NCBI RefSeq assembly: GCF_036321535.1
Contig: NC_087436.1
Location: 74,588,001 to 74,652,000, forward strand
From: Camelus dromedarius
Lineage: Eukaryota
Direction: 5' to 3'
DNA length: 64,000 bases
Shown here: piece after piece, positions 25,079-38,836 of the stretch
Position numbering within the stretch: the stretch's first letter is position 1
How the letters are laid out: every line of letters starts with the position of its first letter
Position numbers and translations under genes: made by a program
The notes under the pieces: generated by a model
Told to the model about the DNA's origin: nothing
The model's database searches: none
What the model saw: the letters and a program-made list of their open reading frames with translations, nothing else

Positions 25079-27094
25079 GTTAGATTCATCTGAGCCATTA
25101 AATAATTAAAATATAGGAATCAAGAGCCATCCCCTCCATACTACACCACAATCTGTAAGGACAGAAATCTGCTAGTGACGTGACCAGTGATTTGGTGGGG
25201 TGGATGGCTGGGTACCAACTCCTTAGCTGATGCTACAGCATGACACACTATCAGTTTTGTAAGTTAAACACAAACGTTCTATTGTGTGAAACCACTGCAA
25301 TTACTAAGTACAGTCATTGGATTTATTTTTAAACTTTTTTTTTTCTTTTAGTATTTTAGTATCAACTTTACCCTATCATTTTAAAAACATTCTGCAGATT
25401 ATAGACATTTTTTGAGCAGCATTTAAAAATCAAATTAGGCAGTTGTCTTTTTAAAGATACATGTAGTCTATTGCTGCTATTCCCTTTTTAGTCCTCAGGT
25501 TGGAGGAAGTGTAACAGTAATCATCTGAATGGGAGGGGGTGGGGGAACTGGCTATTATGTGTAGGTTGGCTTCTGTTCAGTTATCTAGGGAAAGCGGATC
25601 ACGGACATCACTGGTCAAGTGCACAGCTATCCTCTGGTGATTTGGCATTTGGCTTCAGGTGGTTCCTTTTCTCAAGTGTTGATAAAACTGGTAGATTCTC
25701 AAGTTCTCCTGGCTAACCAACTAAGTGATATGAAACCATCCCAGGGCTAATTGTCAATAGTAAAAATTATTCGTTTATCCCAAGCTAGATTGTTGAAAAG
25801 CAAGAATTGAGTCATCTGAACCTATTTCCATGGTAACAGGCTTTTTTTTTTCCTTCTTACAGTCTGAAAAAAAAAAATCTTACTTGACTTCAGATACAGA
25901 CTCTGCCTTATTGCTGAAAGTGTAGTCTAGATAGTCTATTTGAAATTGACACAGCACATGTATAAAGGAGAGATCTGATCTTCTGCATTAGTATGCGCTG
26001 AGCTGGGGCAGATAAAATTAGGTCACCTTCCCAATATGCTTGGCCACACTCTTCCCATTAGCTGTGCCTAAACTTTCTTCTTAGTTACTGGGGTTAACTT
26101 TCTGCCTACCATAGGCCCAACATTCAGGTAAATAGTTCTAGATATCTGAAAAATTAAGTACATAATTTGCTCTGAATTTATTTTAAATGACATTTCTATG
26201 CAAAACCTTTTGCTTTGCAGATGACTGTCATCCTTCCACCCTGGGGCCTGACAGTGTTGGCAGTGTGGCTCACTTTGAAGATCCTTGTACTTGAGTCCCT
26301 AGTCCTTGTGTCTGATACCATCTGGCTTTCAGATCAGTCCCTAGCAAGCAGCTGGCATCCTCAGAGCTGGTGTAGAGATGGCATGTGTTAATCTGAAAAG
26401 ACTAATTGTGAGCCTCAGTATGCACTCACCTCCTCTTCCAACCTTTTCTGACAAGTAGCTGTATATAAATGAGATCTTTTGGTTGTTAGCGGAACATCGT
26501 GGGAGGTACAAGTGGATTTCACATCTGCCTCAAAGGTTACTTGCAGTGCTATGAGTTGATTGGCATTTCAGTCTACCATGGAAACTTTCTTTCAAAATCA
26601 TGGCACACAGAACAGAGGCTAAGGTTGGTTCCTGTCAAAAAAACAAAAATGTGTCTAGGGGGGAGGGTGCACAATAACATTCTACAAAGTCTGCTACTAT
26701 GTCTTTCCTGCACAATGCTTTTAGAACTCTGAAGGGCTGAGTTCTAGCTCTCCTTGCCCCTTATCCCCATCCATCCTTCCATCTTCCCCACCACCCCCCT
26801 CCATACTTTTTTATTCTACATACTGCACCAGACCTAATTTAGGTGCTGGGGATGCAGCTGTGCACTGAGTTGCACTCATCTCTCTGTATGCCTCATACAG
26901 CAAATTTGGGGAGTGAAAGAAAAGGTAAGCCCTTTCCATGCTAAATTGTTGCAGATAGTCTGGAAAGCAAAACCCACCCCCACTAAGTTGCTTTTTAGTG
27001 GTTTCTTTAGGTTGTCCTTCCTTCTGGAGTGTCCTCTTGCCTAATAAATTAAGCTGCTTTTGAGAAATGAGAAACCACTGGGCCCATGCTGTTC

Positions 27095-27113
27095 TAGCGC
27101 CCTCCTGTTGTGT
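27095..27113 (-). promoter_or_regulatory. Weaker CTCF-like motif
   Basis: - strand reads ACACAACAGGAGGGCGCTA. Confidence 0.45.
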
Positions 27114-27369
27114 AACACAAAATAGGTCAACAATTTTGGAACTTGATTTGCTATGAAGGTTGTACTTTAAGAGTCAAGAGAAAGGGAGAGCTTCAGCCTT
27201 AACTTGAAAGCTCCTGGAAACTAAAATACTAAGAGTTGTGTGCTCGTCTCAAATTTCTCCAATAAGATACTCTTGGTTACCTCTTATGACACCTTTTCAA
27301 TAACCAAGAGATGGCACAGGGAGAGTTACGTCTGTATAACACACAGGTCTTACATCATAAAAACCACTG

Positions 27370-27815
27370 CAGATAGTCCCTGACTTAAGATGGTTTGACT
27401 TAACGATTTTTAAACTTTATGATGGTGTTAAAACGATACATATTCAATAGAAACGGCCCTTCTGAATTTGGATCTTTTCCTGGGCTAATGTGCTATGAAT
27501 ATTCCCATTTCGGTGGGCAGTGGTAGCTCCCAGTCAGCCATGCAACCATGAAAGTAAACAACGGATACTTAGAACCATTGTTTTCACCTCAGTATTCAAT
27601 AAATTCCGTAAGATAGTCAACACTTTGTTATAGGCTTTAAGATGACTTTGCCCAGCACTGGGTTAACTCAAGTGTTCTGAGCATGTTTAAGGTCTATTAG
27701 GCTAAGCTATGATGTTTGGAAGATTTAGGTCCATTAAACGCATTTTCGACTTAAGGTATTTTCAACTTAATGAGTTTATCAGGATGCAAACTGGTCATAA
27801 GTAGAGGAAGGTCTG
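27370..27815. mobile_element. MER47/Tigger-like Tc1-mariner MITE
   Basis: Imperfect TIRs cagatagtccctgacttaagatgg and cataagtagaggaaggtctg followed by TA; internal gcattttcgactta motif. Confidence 0.75.
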
Positions 27816-28277
27816 TAAACTCATCAATATGGTGAGAGAAAGCTTTCATTTTAACTCCTTGATGCAAGCCGTGCTTCCTAAGCCTGTGCTTCATCTTTTC
27901 TGCCCTAATGACTGGTCACATCTAACTCAAAATGAAAGCAGCAAGCTTTTGGGACTTGGCCATTTTCAAGTACTCTAATTGTATTTCTAGGTTATTTTAC
28001 AGGACCAAACAACTTGCAAATATTAGGATTTTTAATTTGTACAAACATTTTTTTGATGTAAGACATATCTAGCCTCTCTGTCCCAAACTACGGCAGATTT
28101 TGCTAATTTTCCCAGTCCTGCACGCACAGGCCTCCGCTGCCTTGAGTGATGTGAACTTGTAACTCTAAATGTTGCTGATGTATATTTCTTAGCAACAAGA
28201 AGTAACTGCTCAACTGCTCATTCCCAGATAGTAAGCCCAATTTCTCCCAGAAACTTAAAAAGATGCTGTTTTTCTAA

Positions 28278-28296
28278 AAGCGCCACCTACTGGCCA
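28278..28296 (-). promoter_or_regulatory. Strong CTCF motif
   Basis: - strand reads TGGCCAGTAGGTGGCGCTT, close to the CTCF core consensus. Confidence 0.75.
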
Positions 28297-30456
28297 AAGC
28301 GCAGAACAACAATGGGCATAGGAGACATTCTGTTACTGCTATATAAGGGCTAATTTCAACCATTTTGAAGGCTTTAGAAGTAATACTTACATGTTACACA
28401 GAACTTCATGATATCTCAAAGCTTTATCCTTGTATTTGATAAGTTAAAAGTTGAGCCTTGTTAAAAATTCTTAGCTATGTGGCATCGGACAATTCTCTAA
28501 TCTGCAACCTGTGAATGTACACCAGGGAAGCCATCTCCCAGGATGATTGTGGGGATGTTTGTCACAGACTCTTCCCTTTCTAGTTGAAAATGTACAAATT
28601 ACCTAAGGATAAAGATAGCATGCCTCACCATTACGTTAGCTGAGCATCAGTGGCTTAATCACATTTTAAGTGAAAGGATATTGTGCTACTTTCGGCAGTA
28701 ATGCTCAAAAACAACTTACTTTGTTTCAGGAACTCCAGAATGAGTGAATTAAAAATCTTCAAAATCCAGGTATGTAAAGAGAGTAGAGAGGACACACATA
28801 TGCATTGTTAGAACCAACACAGGAGAAAAGAAATAATGCTTTTTGGCGTACAGACACCCATGTCTTAACACTCTCTCAACAGCAGGAATGTAGGCTCAGG
28901 TTCTCATCAGCTTGGCTGAGGGAGGAGCTACACTACAGCTTTCTTCAGAGCCAAAGGCGTAGTGTCAGAAACATTTCTGACAAATCAGTTACATGTCTTT
29001 TTAACTGGCATTTGAGAGCATTCTCCTTTCCCAGCCCTCCTCTCCACCTTAATATAAGACATTGTCTGTAGAAGAAAACATTCAGTTCTTAACAAATAAC
29101 CAATTTCATACCAATCCTGCAAAGAGAATGGAAGTAAATATTTGGCTGCTACTACTGTGATCTTCAAAAACTGTACCATGCCCTTGAACCTATTCCTATT
29201 GAATGGAGGATTAGAGAATAGCTAATTTATGCCCATCGAGTTTATTCTTTGCCTTTGCACAGCTTTCAGGGGATGACAGATTTTCTAAACACCAAGGGGC
29301 ATTAGGCAATTGTGATCTATGAACCTCAAGTTTCCAAATCTTGAAAGAGAATAGTTTGTGATCTGATGCCAAGATTTAAGACAAATTATCTTGGGACAGG
29401 CTAAATTTTAACAGTAAGAACATTCTTAATGAAAAGTTCCACACTGTTTAAGAATAATTTGCTTTTTTCTGCCTCAAACCATGGGTTCAGGCCTCACGGA
29501 GTCCAAGGTAGCTCAGATCTCTGGGCCAGTGGCAGGGAGATATAACTGAGAGGGTGCTCAGGAGGGTCTGCCTCCAAAGTACTATTATTTAACTGAACTA
29601 TAGGTTAAACATGCTTTGAAGCATTAGACCTAGCTGCCCAACCATCCCAATTCAGTTTCCCATGAAAACAATGCTATTTTCCAAACTGATCTACCATCAA
29701 TTTTTCGTAAGATTAGAAAACCTCAAGAAATTAAAATTATTTCTAACCTCTGTACAATCTGTAGCAACTGGACTACAAATGAAATAGTCTGACTTTAGAC
29801 TCAATTTTATCCCTAGCTTTCTACGTAACAATTAAGTGCCATTCATTTTAATGATGAACATTTGTAGTTGTAGACTTGGAGCTTCCACAATTCAGGAGAA
29901 TTAAGAAACAGAACCACATGAAGATTAGGATAACTGGAATTTTTTTTTATGTTTTAAAAAAAGCTAGCCTCATGCTATCCTCACCGGAAACCAGTTCATT
30001 CTTTTATATTCCTTCACACTTCCTGTACTCGGACGTAAGTAAAAGTTTCATCTTTGACTGGATTGTAAGGTCACAAGTAGTAGGTAACCAATCCCACAAT
30101 AAGAATTTTTCAAATGCTGACCTGAGAATACTCTTGCTTTGCTAAATCAGAACAAAATCAGTGAGCTAAAAATGATAGGTTACCTAGATATGGGACTATG
30201 CCTACCACCACAGTTCCTTAAGATGAGAATTTCCTGTTTGGAAGGTCACAGACCACCAGTTAGAAAATAATAAAGGAAAAATTCTTATGTCAAAACCTAA
30301 ATACAGTCACATTTAAACCCCCCTTTCTTCATGTTTTATTTCTGCAAATATATTAGGATTTTTATCATCTTCCATAGTTGAAATACCAATGTAACCAATC
30401 AGGAACTTGTACCTCTTCACAAGCAGAAAAAAGAGATAAAAAGGTTAAGGACAACC

Positions 30457-30462
30457 TTTATT
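30457..30462 (-). terminator. CCNI: Probable CCNI polyadenylation signal (second AATAAA at 30335-30340)
   Basis: tttatt on + = AATAAA on -, followed on the - strand by a U-rich tract; about 1.1 kb after the stop. Confidence 0.65.
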
Positions 30463-31565
30463 GCTACCAGAGGCTTTTATCATCAGTACATGGTTCTCAC
30501 TGCAATACCTTCTTCAGACTGCACAGGGAGCTCAGGATCCGTAAGTCATTAAGAAATACAGGTAGGCTGGGGAGGCAGGGGGATTAACTTTTATCAAGAA
30601 AATCCTAATAGCTTAACATAAAACTAGGGCACTGAATTCAGTTATTACATGTTACAGACCCAAATCATAGAGCTGCCCCAACATCTAGACAGTCTCTCCT
30701 ACTGATTATAAATGAGTGAACTGATCAGTTAGCAAAAAAAAAAAGAAAAAAAAAATTTTAGTTGTTACAGAACATGTTTCTTTGGTGAGCACCTGGATAT
30801 ATTAACTTTATCAAATTCTTTTATACAAATGTCAAAGATGCTTTCAACAAATCTAAGTGTCCTAATCACATGCCAATTTTAAGCTTCAATTTAAAATAAA
30901 CAAAAATGAAAATTTTGTTTCCAAACTCTAGAAATTGAAAGGAGACAAACAAATCAACACGGTAATGGGAGTCCTTTTTCTATAACCACCTCTGATTCAT
31001 GAGGCAATTCTGAAGTACCTTTTCCAGATTAATTTAAATTTGAATCATGGATTAAACATGGCTGTTACACAAATAATTTGTTCACTAAATTGCTAAAAAA
31101 AATTTGAGGGTTTCCTTATCAGTGGAAGTCAGGCGAAGACTCAACATGCATAAAATTCATTAAGTATTCAAAGAAGCAAGCAAAAGCAAGACGAAAATTA
31201 AATCAGGATTCTGGGACAAGGTTTGCTAGCTAGGAATTTTGGAACTTTTTAAAAAAACACTGAATTTCTGACACAGGGTAATCTACGTTACATTTTAGCA
31301 GAGTAAAGGGTGGAACTGACACACTACAAAGAAATTTTTTAGTTAAAAAAATTTTTTTGATCTTGAATTTTACACTGTTTTTGGTCTTTTAAGTGCTTAA
31401 ATAATGTTGAATTATAATTAGCCATACAAATAAACGGGGCTTTTTTCTGGCTCATTTCAAATCAGCCTAATAAGGTATACACCTTTCTATAGCCTCTCCT
31501 GGTTTTCCACATTCCCATTCCCAGAGTAGTCTACCTTAGTTTGCACTCGAAGGTAACCCCTGAAG

Positions 31566-32009
31566 CTACATGACAGAAACAGGCTGCAAAGGTGGACAAG
31601 GGGAAGCATGTCCCTCTTGCCTTGATAAATCAGTGCCACACACAGAACCCACATTTTCTGAAGCATTATCTTCATTATAGAGCCGTTTGATCCCATCGTA
31701 GAAGTCGTCCACTTCCATTTCCTCTACTTTGCGTTTAGCAGAGGTATGCTTGCACCCATTGGCAGCTGGGAGATGATGGCAGAAGGCTGCTGTACCTCTG
31801 ACTGGCACTTCTGGTTTGCTGTTGTCCTTGGAGAAATCTGGGCCTGGGGCAGAGGAGGGATGTAATCTGAACACTCCTTTGTCACAGGTCACCAGGGTGT
31901 GCTTGAGGGGACGGTAGACATAAACGGAATTTAGAGGCAGGGAAGACTGCAGAGTAGAAAGGTGATGTGCCACAAGCTCCCGACAGTGGATCAACTGGGA
32001 GCTATCCAT
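31566..32009 (-). CDS. CCNI: Cyclin I last coding exon 7, MDSSQLIHCRELV...PPLQPVSVM*
   Basis: cccag acceptor on -, 444 nt including TAG; total spliced CDS 1134 nt = 377 aa. Confidence 0.97.
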   Translation of the reverse strand: MDSSQLIHCRELVAHHLSTLQSSLPLNSVYVYRPLKHTLVTCDKGVFRLHPSSAPGPDFSKDNSKPEVPVRGTAAFCHHLPAANGCKHTSAKRKVEEMEVDDFYDGIKRLYNEDNASENVGSVCGTDLSRQEGHASPCPPLQPVSVM

Positions 32010-33666
32010 CTGGGCCGGGGGGAAGAAACCACAAAGTTGATCATTAATGTAGGCCTCTATGTCATCCCTGCTGGCCACTTTTTCTCCCTGTGCCCTCTGT
32101 CCCCCAAACTTTTTCTCTCCGCACATCTTTCATTGCATACTCATCTATTCCTCCAGCCTACCCATCATCTTAGAAACTGTGTCCAAATCTGTATTTCAAA
32201 TATAAATCTCTTTGGAACTTGAATTCTGTATTTGTAATTGTATGCTGCACATCTTCATGAGAGCGGAAATTATTCTTTTGTTCACAGCTATATATCCAAC
32301 ATCTGTTTTTGTTCAGTCTAGAAGGCCTTCCACCCCACCCTCTTTGCCTCTTCCAGTCTCTTTAGTGAAGACCAAGGTACAGATAAACATAAAATCTGTT
32401 AAGAATTTAAAGAAGCCACCAGAGACAAGAAAAAGTTTAAATAAGGGATGGGGAAGGCTGTCTGGTTAAGAATTCAGAACAATTTAAGTATTTTGTTTTT
32501 AAAATAGTAAATGAGAACATTTGACAAGTTATATATTTGTAGAAAACAGCAGGCTTGGCAGCACAAGGAAAAATGTTTTTGTTTAATTTGGGAGTTTCAC
32601 TAATTCCTTCTTAACCTTCAGGGTAATTCAGGTATCAGTCCTTTCTGAAGCTACCCATGACTCCCCCCACCCCCAAACTCCCTAGAAACCTAAATTCTAG
32701 GGTCATCTATTTTTGTATCAACCTGTCATCATACTGACCACACTGTATTAGAATAATCTATTTAACCATTTATGCCTTTCCACTATAGTCTCCAAGACCC
32801 CAAGAGGTAGGCATTGTATCATAATCCTTTTTATTCCCTAAGTTCTAGCACCGACAACTGTACATGGAAGGCCTTCAAAATCTTACCTGTGGTAAAGAGC
32901 CTAATTAGTTTCTCTCTGCCTTACCTTCCCTGCAATTATAGCTCTCAAACTTCCTCTACCAACATGTATTTCTCCCTATTTAAATTTCTCTAGTGGCACC
33001 CAAAGTGCCTACCAGAAATAAGTAACCTATTTAGCTTGGTATTAAGAAGGCTCTCCACAATTTGACCCAACTTTCTTTTCCAGCCTGATTTCCTAGCATA
33101 TCCCAATTTGTGCTCTACATTCCTGCCAAACAGGCCTGCTCTCTACTCTGCACAAATCTTGCCTTTCTTACTTTACCCTTGCACATCCTGTTTCTACCTG
33201 TTGAAATTACCTGTTCCTTCCAGGTCTGGGTAACTGCCACCACCTCCAGGAAGCCTATCTTGACTATTTAACTATCAGGGATCACTTTCCAGTCTTATGT
33301 ATTCTATAGGTATTTTGGGACATTTCTTAACCAATTCTAATTTATACCTATAAAACCTAGCACACAGCATGACTGTCTGCAATACCACAGAGAAAACAAA
33401 GGAAAATAACATGCTCTGCAAGAACATACATGGTGAAAAAACTACTTTATCTCTAAATATACTCAGTACTTGTAACCCAGGAAAGTATCAGTGGAAAAAG
33501 ATGAAAGGCTAGTGTTAGTTATCATATAGTCCAAATATGAAAATGTCTGGAACTGGCAGAAACTATACATGAAAATGACCATTTCTAGTATCTTCTATCT
33601 TGTTCACTGATTTTTTCCCCTAGTTTGAAAGGCACTAGGTAACACTCTATGGGTAAGATACTATTA

Positions 33667-33668
<2 letters not shown>

Positions 33669-33714
<46 letters not shown>

Positions 33715-33716
33715 AT
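33669..33716. repeat. (AC)n microsatellite, slightly interrupted
   Basis: Read directly. Confidence 0.97.
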
Positions 33717-36700
33717 ATAATTCTTTTCTTCTCGTAAAGGAAAGAAGAATTACATAATACTTAAGATGGCCCCCAACTATTAAGCTTCCGACTGTAGGCT
33801 AGTGCTTCTCATGTCCCAGAGATGTGGAACAAGCTAAGTCATGCTAAACACAGTGGAACAGAGCACCCTGGAGAGAGATGGGTCCTCAAAGTTCTTTAAG
33901 GCAACTGGTACCCTAGTCAAGTATTGGGGCTTCTTCAAAAAGCCAACAAAAGAAGGGTAACAGAAATGAAAGACAGAAATTGAGAAGTGAAAAGAAGGCT
34001 ACAATGTAAAAACTATTTCTAAAAAGTAAGTAAGTACCTAATTTAATGAACTGTTCTTTAACAAATGAATGATACTCAGTGGCCTAGCAAAGTAAAAGTA
34101 CCACAAATACTCTAACGTCTTGGTCACTGGGCACAGTACTGTAGCAGAGTCCTGAAAAAAGACATGTATTGCAAGTGAAAGGAAGACTATTTATGTCAAT
34201 ATAATCTTTCTCTGTGAAGGTAATAAGTAAACAGGGAGTTATATTTTAGAGGTGAAAACCGGCAGAAAATGGGGCTAGAAAGACATCGGAGATTATTCAA
34301 ACCAATCATCTAATGAACTCTACTTCCACCCAAGTTAAGCTCTTTGTCCAAAACAATGCATCAAATAAATTCTTTCTAATCTACTACAACCTAAATTTGT
34401 TCTTAAAAAAACAAAAAATGGCCCTCGTTGAGATACAGTGGAGGAAACAAAATAAGCCAAGTATACTGGGATTACTACAACTTTAGACACCAGACAAATC
34501 CTCTAATGAAACAATTATAAAAAGATTTAAAATGAACTTGATCTAATTGCAGAGTGTTGAGAACATTTATTGTTATTTTTCATGACTATCTCCCCAAATT
34601 CAAATATAGTAACCATTTTAAAGTATCCCTTGCTAGAAAAACAAAAACAAGTATAATTTAGCTTACCAAGGAGTTAAGGTAAATAGTACGGAAAGTTTAC
34701 AAAGCAAACATCCAAATAGGTTACTGATGGGAAAGGGGATCAGAATAGCACGATGTAATTGGTTCAGATGGACCCATCAGGTTCAATGGACAGCATAAAG
34801 CATTGAAAATACCTAGTGCAGTAAGTAGACTGACTTTAGGCACCTTCAAGAACTAGAAGACCCCAAAGGGGAGGGCCTGCTTCTTTAACTCTGTACTCTG
34901 ATGTTAAACTACATCACAGCAGGAAATACCTACTTTGACTAGTGCCTGGCTAGGACTAGGAAGACCATCACACTAATCCAGGTAGAGTTAACATCCAGAG
35001 ATAATCGAGTGGGCCACATCACTCAGAAAAGAACATGAGTATAGCCATAGAAGAAAAAGAGGGTTAGCCATCCTAACATGGTGACCAATGGGCAGCACAA
35101 GAGATGCGGGTGTTGGGGAGGGAAGCAACGGGGGAGTGGGACTAGGAGGGACAGAGGAAGCTTGCCTTTCAAACCAGGGAACACTCACTGTACTCTGAAG
35201 TTCAGAGGGAACATAAAGCTGGTGGTAGCTGTCTATGATGGATCATTAGCAGTACCCTCAAACCAGGACCCTAGGAAACAGGTCAGGAGTGATTCTGGCA
35301 TGATCTCACCAATCTGATGCAAGAATTTCCTATGCTAGAAACAGAAATCCAGGAGAATTAGCTGGTATTACTATCGCTTTGTCACAGGTCTAATTACAAA
35401 GATATTAGACCTGGTGTTCCTACCTAAACTCAGGTGAACTTAGCAAAGACAACTGAGTTTTGAAGAATCAGGAGCCACACAGATTTGGGCTATAGGGTTT
35501 CAGAGAATTGCTACTACCAAGTCACAAACTGTCTAAAGTTTTGACCTTACTTGTTTTTAACTATCTTCCTCATTATAACCTGACTACTAACTTCATGGAG
35601 AGACTTTTTTTTTTTTAAAGAATCACTGTACCTCCAGTGCCTAGATAAAAGATTTCTCAATAAATGTTTGTGGAATAGAACTATATACCTATACAAGAGA
35701 ACAGAACAGTGGTTTTCAAACTATGTCCAAACAGCTTATGAAAGGGAAGGAGCCACGTTGAGTAGGACTGCATCTGATAGGCCTCTGTCCCAAACAAACT
35801 GATTGCAAAGTAATACTTTACTACTTAGTATTCTGGGATTGTGTACGTACAAGATTTTTGAGGGGACAAGGGAAGGGTTCCAGTTCTAAAGGAACCTCTG
35901 AAAACTACTGGGCTAGAATCTTTAAGGTTTGTGTCATATGGAAAAAGCACTGGGTTGTTGTTTTTTTTTTTTTTTAAAGTCTTCTTTACTATTAAGTTCT
36001 GTGTGTCTCTGAGAAAAGTCCCAAGTTTCCTGGACTGAAGCTATAATAAAGGAGATGAATAATGTGATTTTTAAGATTCCTTCAAATTCCAAGTTTATAA
36101 TACTCCTTCAGTAAAGGGAGAAACAAGTTTCAGTGAACATTTTCCTCTAGCACGAGAAGACTTATGAAGAATAAGCAGATTCTCCAGTGTCAAAGCTGCA
36201 GAATATAATGCTATTTATAAAATTCTTATTATTTATGCATCAAAGTCTGTCCTTTCTCTGTGATAGCAACCTTTCATATAGCAAATTTTCTCTGTAGTAG
36301 CTTGGAAATAGGCACAGACGCCAAGTCAGGGAGGCATTTAGAGATATGTCATTTTTTCCAATAAAAAATGAAAAATATAAGAGGCAGAGGTTGTATTAAT
36401 GCCCCTTCCCTCATTTCCGTAGTCTAATGTAAATGATTAATATTCATTCACTTCATCCTCCAACGTTCTAGGTAGGCAAAGAAAATTTTCTGTGCCACGC
36501 TTATGTGGTGCTTTATGTTAGCTTCTAAAAATTCTCACTAAGTAGAAACTCTCTCTCTCCTAGGACTTACTTTCATTATAGTATTTATTTCAATGGAAAG
36601 AAACACTTCTTAATTATTTTAATCTAAGATATGCTATTAAAAGAACGTATCTCCCTTGTAGAGGAGAATCAGCCTGTATTAACCAACATCATGTGTCCCA

Positions 36701-37932
36701 GGGATGCAGACAAGCTAAGCCATGTTAAGAACAGTGGAGCAAAACACATATGAGGGATGGGGCTCTAGTTGATATACTGTTCTGACCATCATCATTCTTT
36801 TATGAAAAGCCTCTCAGTCCCCCTCTGCTCACAAACCAGGGCCTGAAATTTTCAGAGCTGAGGTTGCACTGAAGTATACCTTTAATATCTGCTAACTTTT
36901 ATAGCTCACATCTATAAGATCATCAATTATAACTATCTTACAAAACACTAAATTCAAGTATTATTCTCCTGTTTTTCTTTTAAGTTTTACTAGCTCAACA
37001 ACACTAGCTCTTAGCCAAAATTAGTTCTTTTTATGTTACAAAATGTTTTTCAGCTCAGAATTTAAGTCTCTTAATAACATTCAATAAAAGAAACCGAGTA
37101 ACTGCCAAATGAGAATAAGTAGGGACCTATAAAGGGAAAAGTATGTTCATAAGTCTTTTATGGACTCAGTTGGCAGGGAAGGAATGGTTTGCAGCAGACC
37201 TAAACTTCTAAGTTCTATTTGGTGACATGAATAGAACCAATGAGGATTCTCTCAAAGTAGTGCTAACATACAGCACCATTACTAACTTCTCATTTGAATG
37301 AGAATTTTCTCCACTAAATGCTTAAATTTTATACAGATGGTTGATAAAAATTTAACTGACCTATAAGACTTTATATCAATTTGCAGGTATGTTATGAACC
37401 AATCTTATGCAAGAATGGAAACCACCAGGACTTCAGAAAGTCCTGAAACTTCAGAAAAACAGTTTCTATATGCTAAATACTTCCCTCTCTAGCCAACAAT
37501 AAAATATTTGTTTGTCTAAAAAGCAACTTCTTGCAATTTATGTTTTTGATGTATCTTTTACAAAATGAGTAAAGTATAGAAGTACTATAGTGAAATCTAA
37601 AAATACAGCTAGGAAGGTTCTTCATACAAAATGAATGGAGAATATATTATCCAGAGTCTTATTAATTTTTCAAGACTAAGATTTTTAAGTAATCTAGAAG
37701 AGGTGAAAAGAATAAAGAGTATTTTCTTAGTATTTTATCTAAGCTTTTAAAAGAAAAAAAGGCATTTATCCCATAAATTTAAAGTGTGTATTATACTCTT
37801 ATCTACTCTTACAAATGGGCTGCCATTAAAAGATTAAAATGTCTCTTACTTTTATAACCATCTGTTTATCCTATGTATCCCAGTAAGATAAAAAACTAGA
37901 AATGAACACTATTTAATTAGACTGACACCTAC

Positions 37933-38163
37933 CTGTGCTTTCTGAAGCAGTTCAATTGTAAGAGGAAGCCAATCAGGAATGAGTTTCTCCATTTCCAAAC
38001 TAATCATGGCCAGAGCAAGCATGGATCCTTTGAATTGCAGAAGTTGGTTGCAGGCCATACAGTGAAGTAGTTGCTTGGTAAGGACAGCCAAATGTTGAGA
38101 TGGGCTCAGTTTGGGCAGACTAAAAAGTAACTGAGGCCTAGTTGACACTGCAATGGCATGGAA
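37933..38163 (-). CDS. CCNI: Cyclin I exon 6, FHAIAVSTRPQLL...ELLQKAQ
   Basis: ttttag acceptor, gtaggt donor, 231 nt. Confidence 0.97.
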
Positions 38164-38467
38164 CTAAAAAAATTAAAAATTAAAAAATTTTAAAAATCAC
38201 AAGAGCATCATTCTAGTTTTACTTAAATGTCTAGGTAAGCTATGTACAGAAACTGATGTAACCTCCTAAAGTACTACTCAATTACTATTTGCAATTTTTG
38301 CTTCAGTGATTTGACATATATCATAGTTTCTAATTTTTCCTTGGCTAAGTACAATAATTTTCTTTTCCTTAAAAATCAGAATACATGAGTGGGCAATCTA
38401 CTTTTCAAGTTACTGAAATAGGACTACATATTCAAATAGGAAATTAAAAGACTTCAGGTATATTTAC

Positions 38468-38608
38468 AATGTGAAGAAAATCCAATGGTGTGGCTGTATG
38501 AAGATCCCAATTCAACTTATCCAGAATAATTCTCTCCATCCTCAGAATTTCGGATGAAGAACATCCACAGAAACTATCTCTTGCCAACACCTTCAGTCCT
38601 GGAATTCT
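38468..38608 (-). CDS. CCNI: Cyclin I exon 5, [47 protein letters not shown]
   Basis: atag acceptor, gtaaat donor, 141 nt; cyclin box helix 5 motif ([14 protein letters not shown]). Confidence 0.96.
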
Positions 38609-38761
38609 CTATCCAAAGAAAAGGGGAATAAGGCAGGGAGAATAGGACAGAAAAAAATAAACTCATTTTTTCAGTTTTTGTTTTGGTAAACAGAAAGCAA
38701 GTTAATAAATGGACAAAAATTTCAAAAGAGACACGACTAATCTTTAATGCAAAATATTTAC

Positions 38762-38836
38762 CTCGTCCTCCTCAACAGTCTTGGCAGCTAGGAAAAAACA
38801 GCTGATTGCAATACAACTCAAGTATTTTGGGTGGGC
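38762..38836 (-). CDS. CCNI: Cyclin I exon 4, AHPKYLSCIAISCFFLAAKTVEEDE
   Basis: ttttag acceptor, gtaaat donor, 75 nt; cyclin box LAAK motif. Confidence 0.96.

Noticed and set aside
32010..32126. N-terminal extension of the 186-aa ORF
   Set aside because: Intronic sequence upstream of the CCNI exon 7 acceptor
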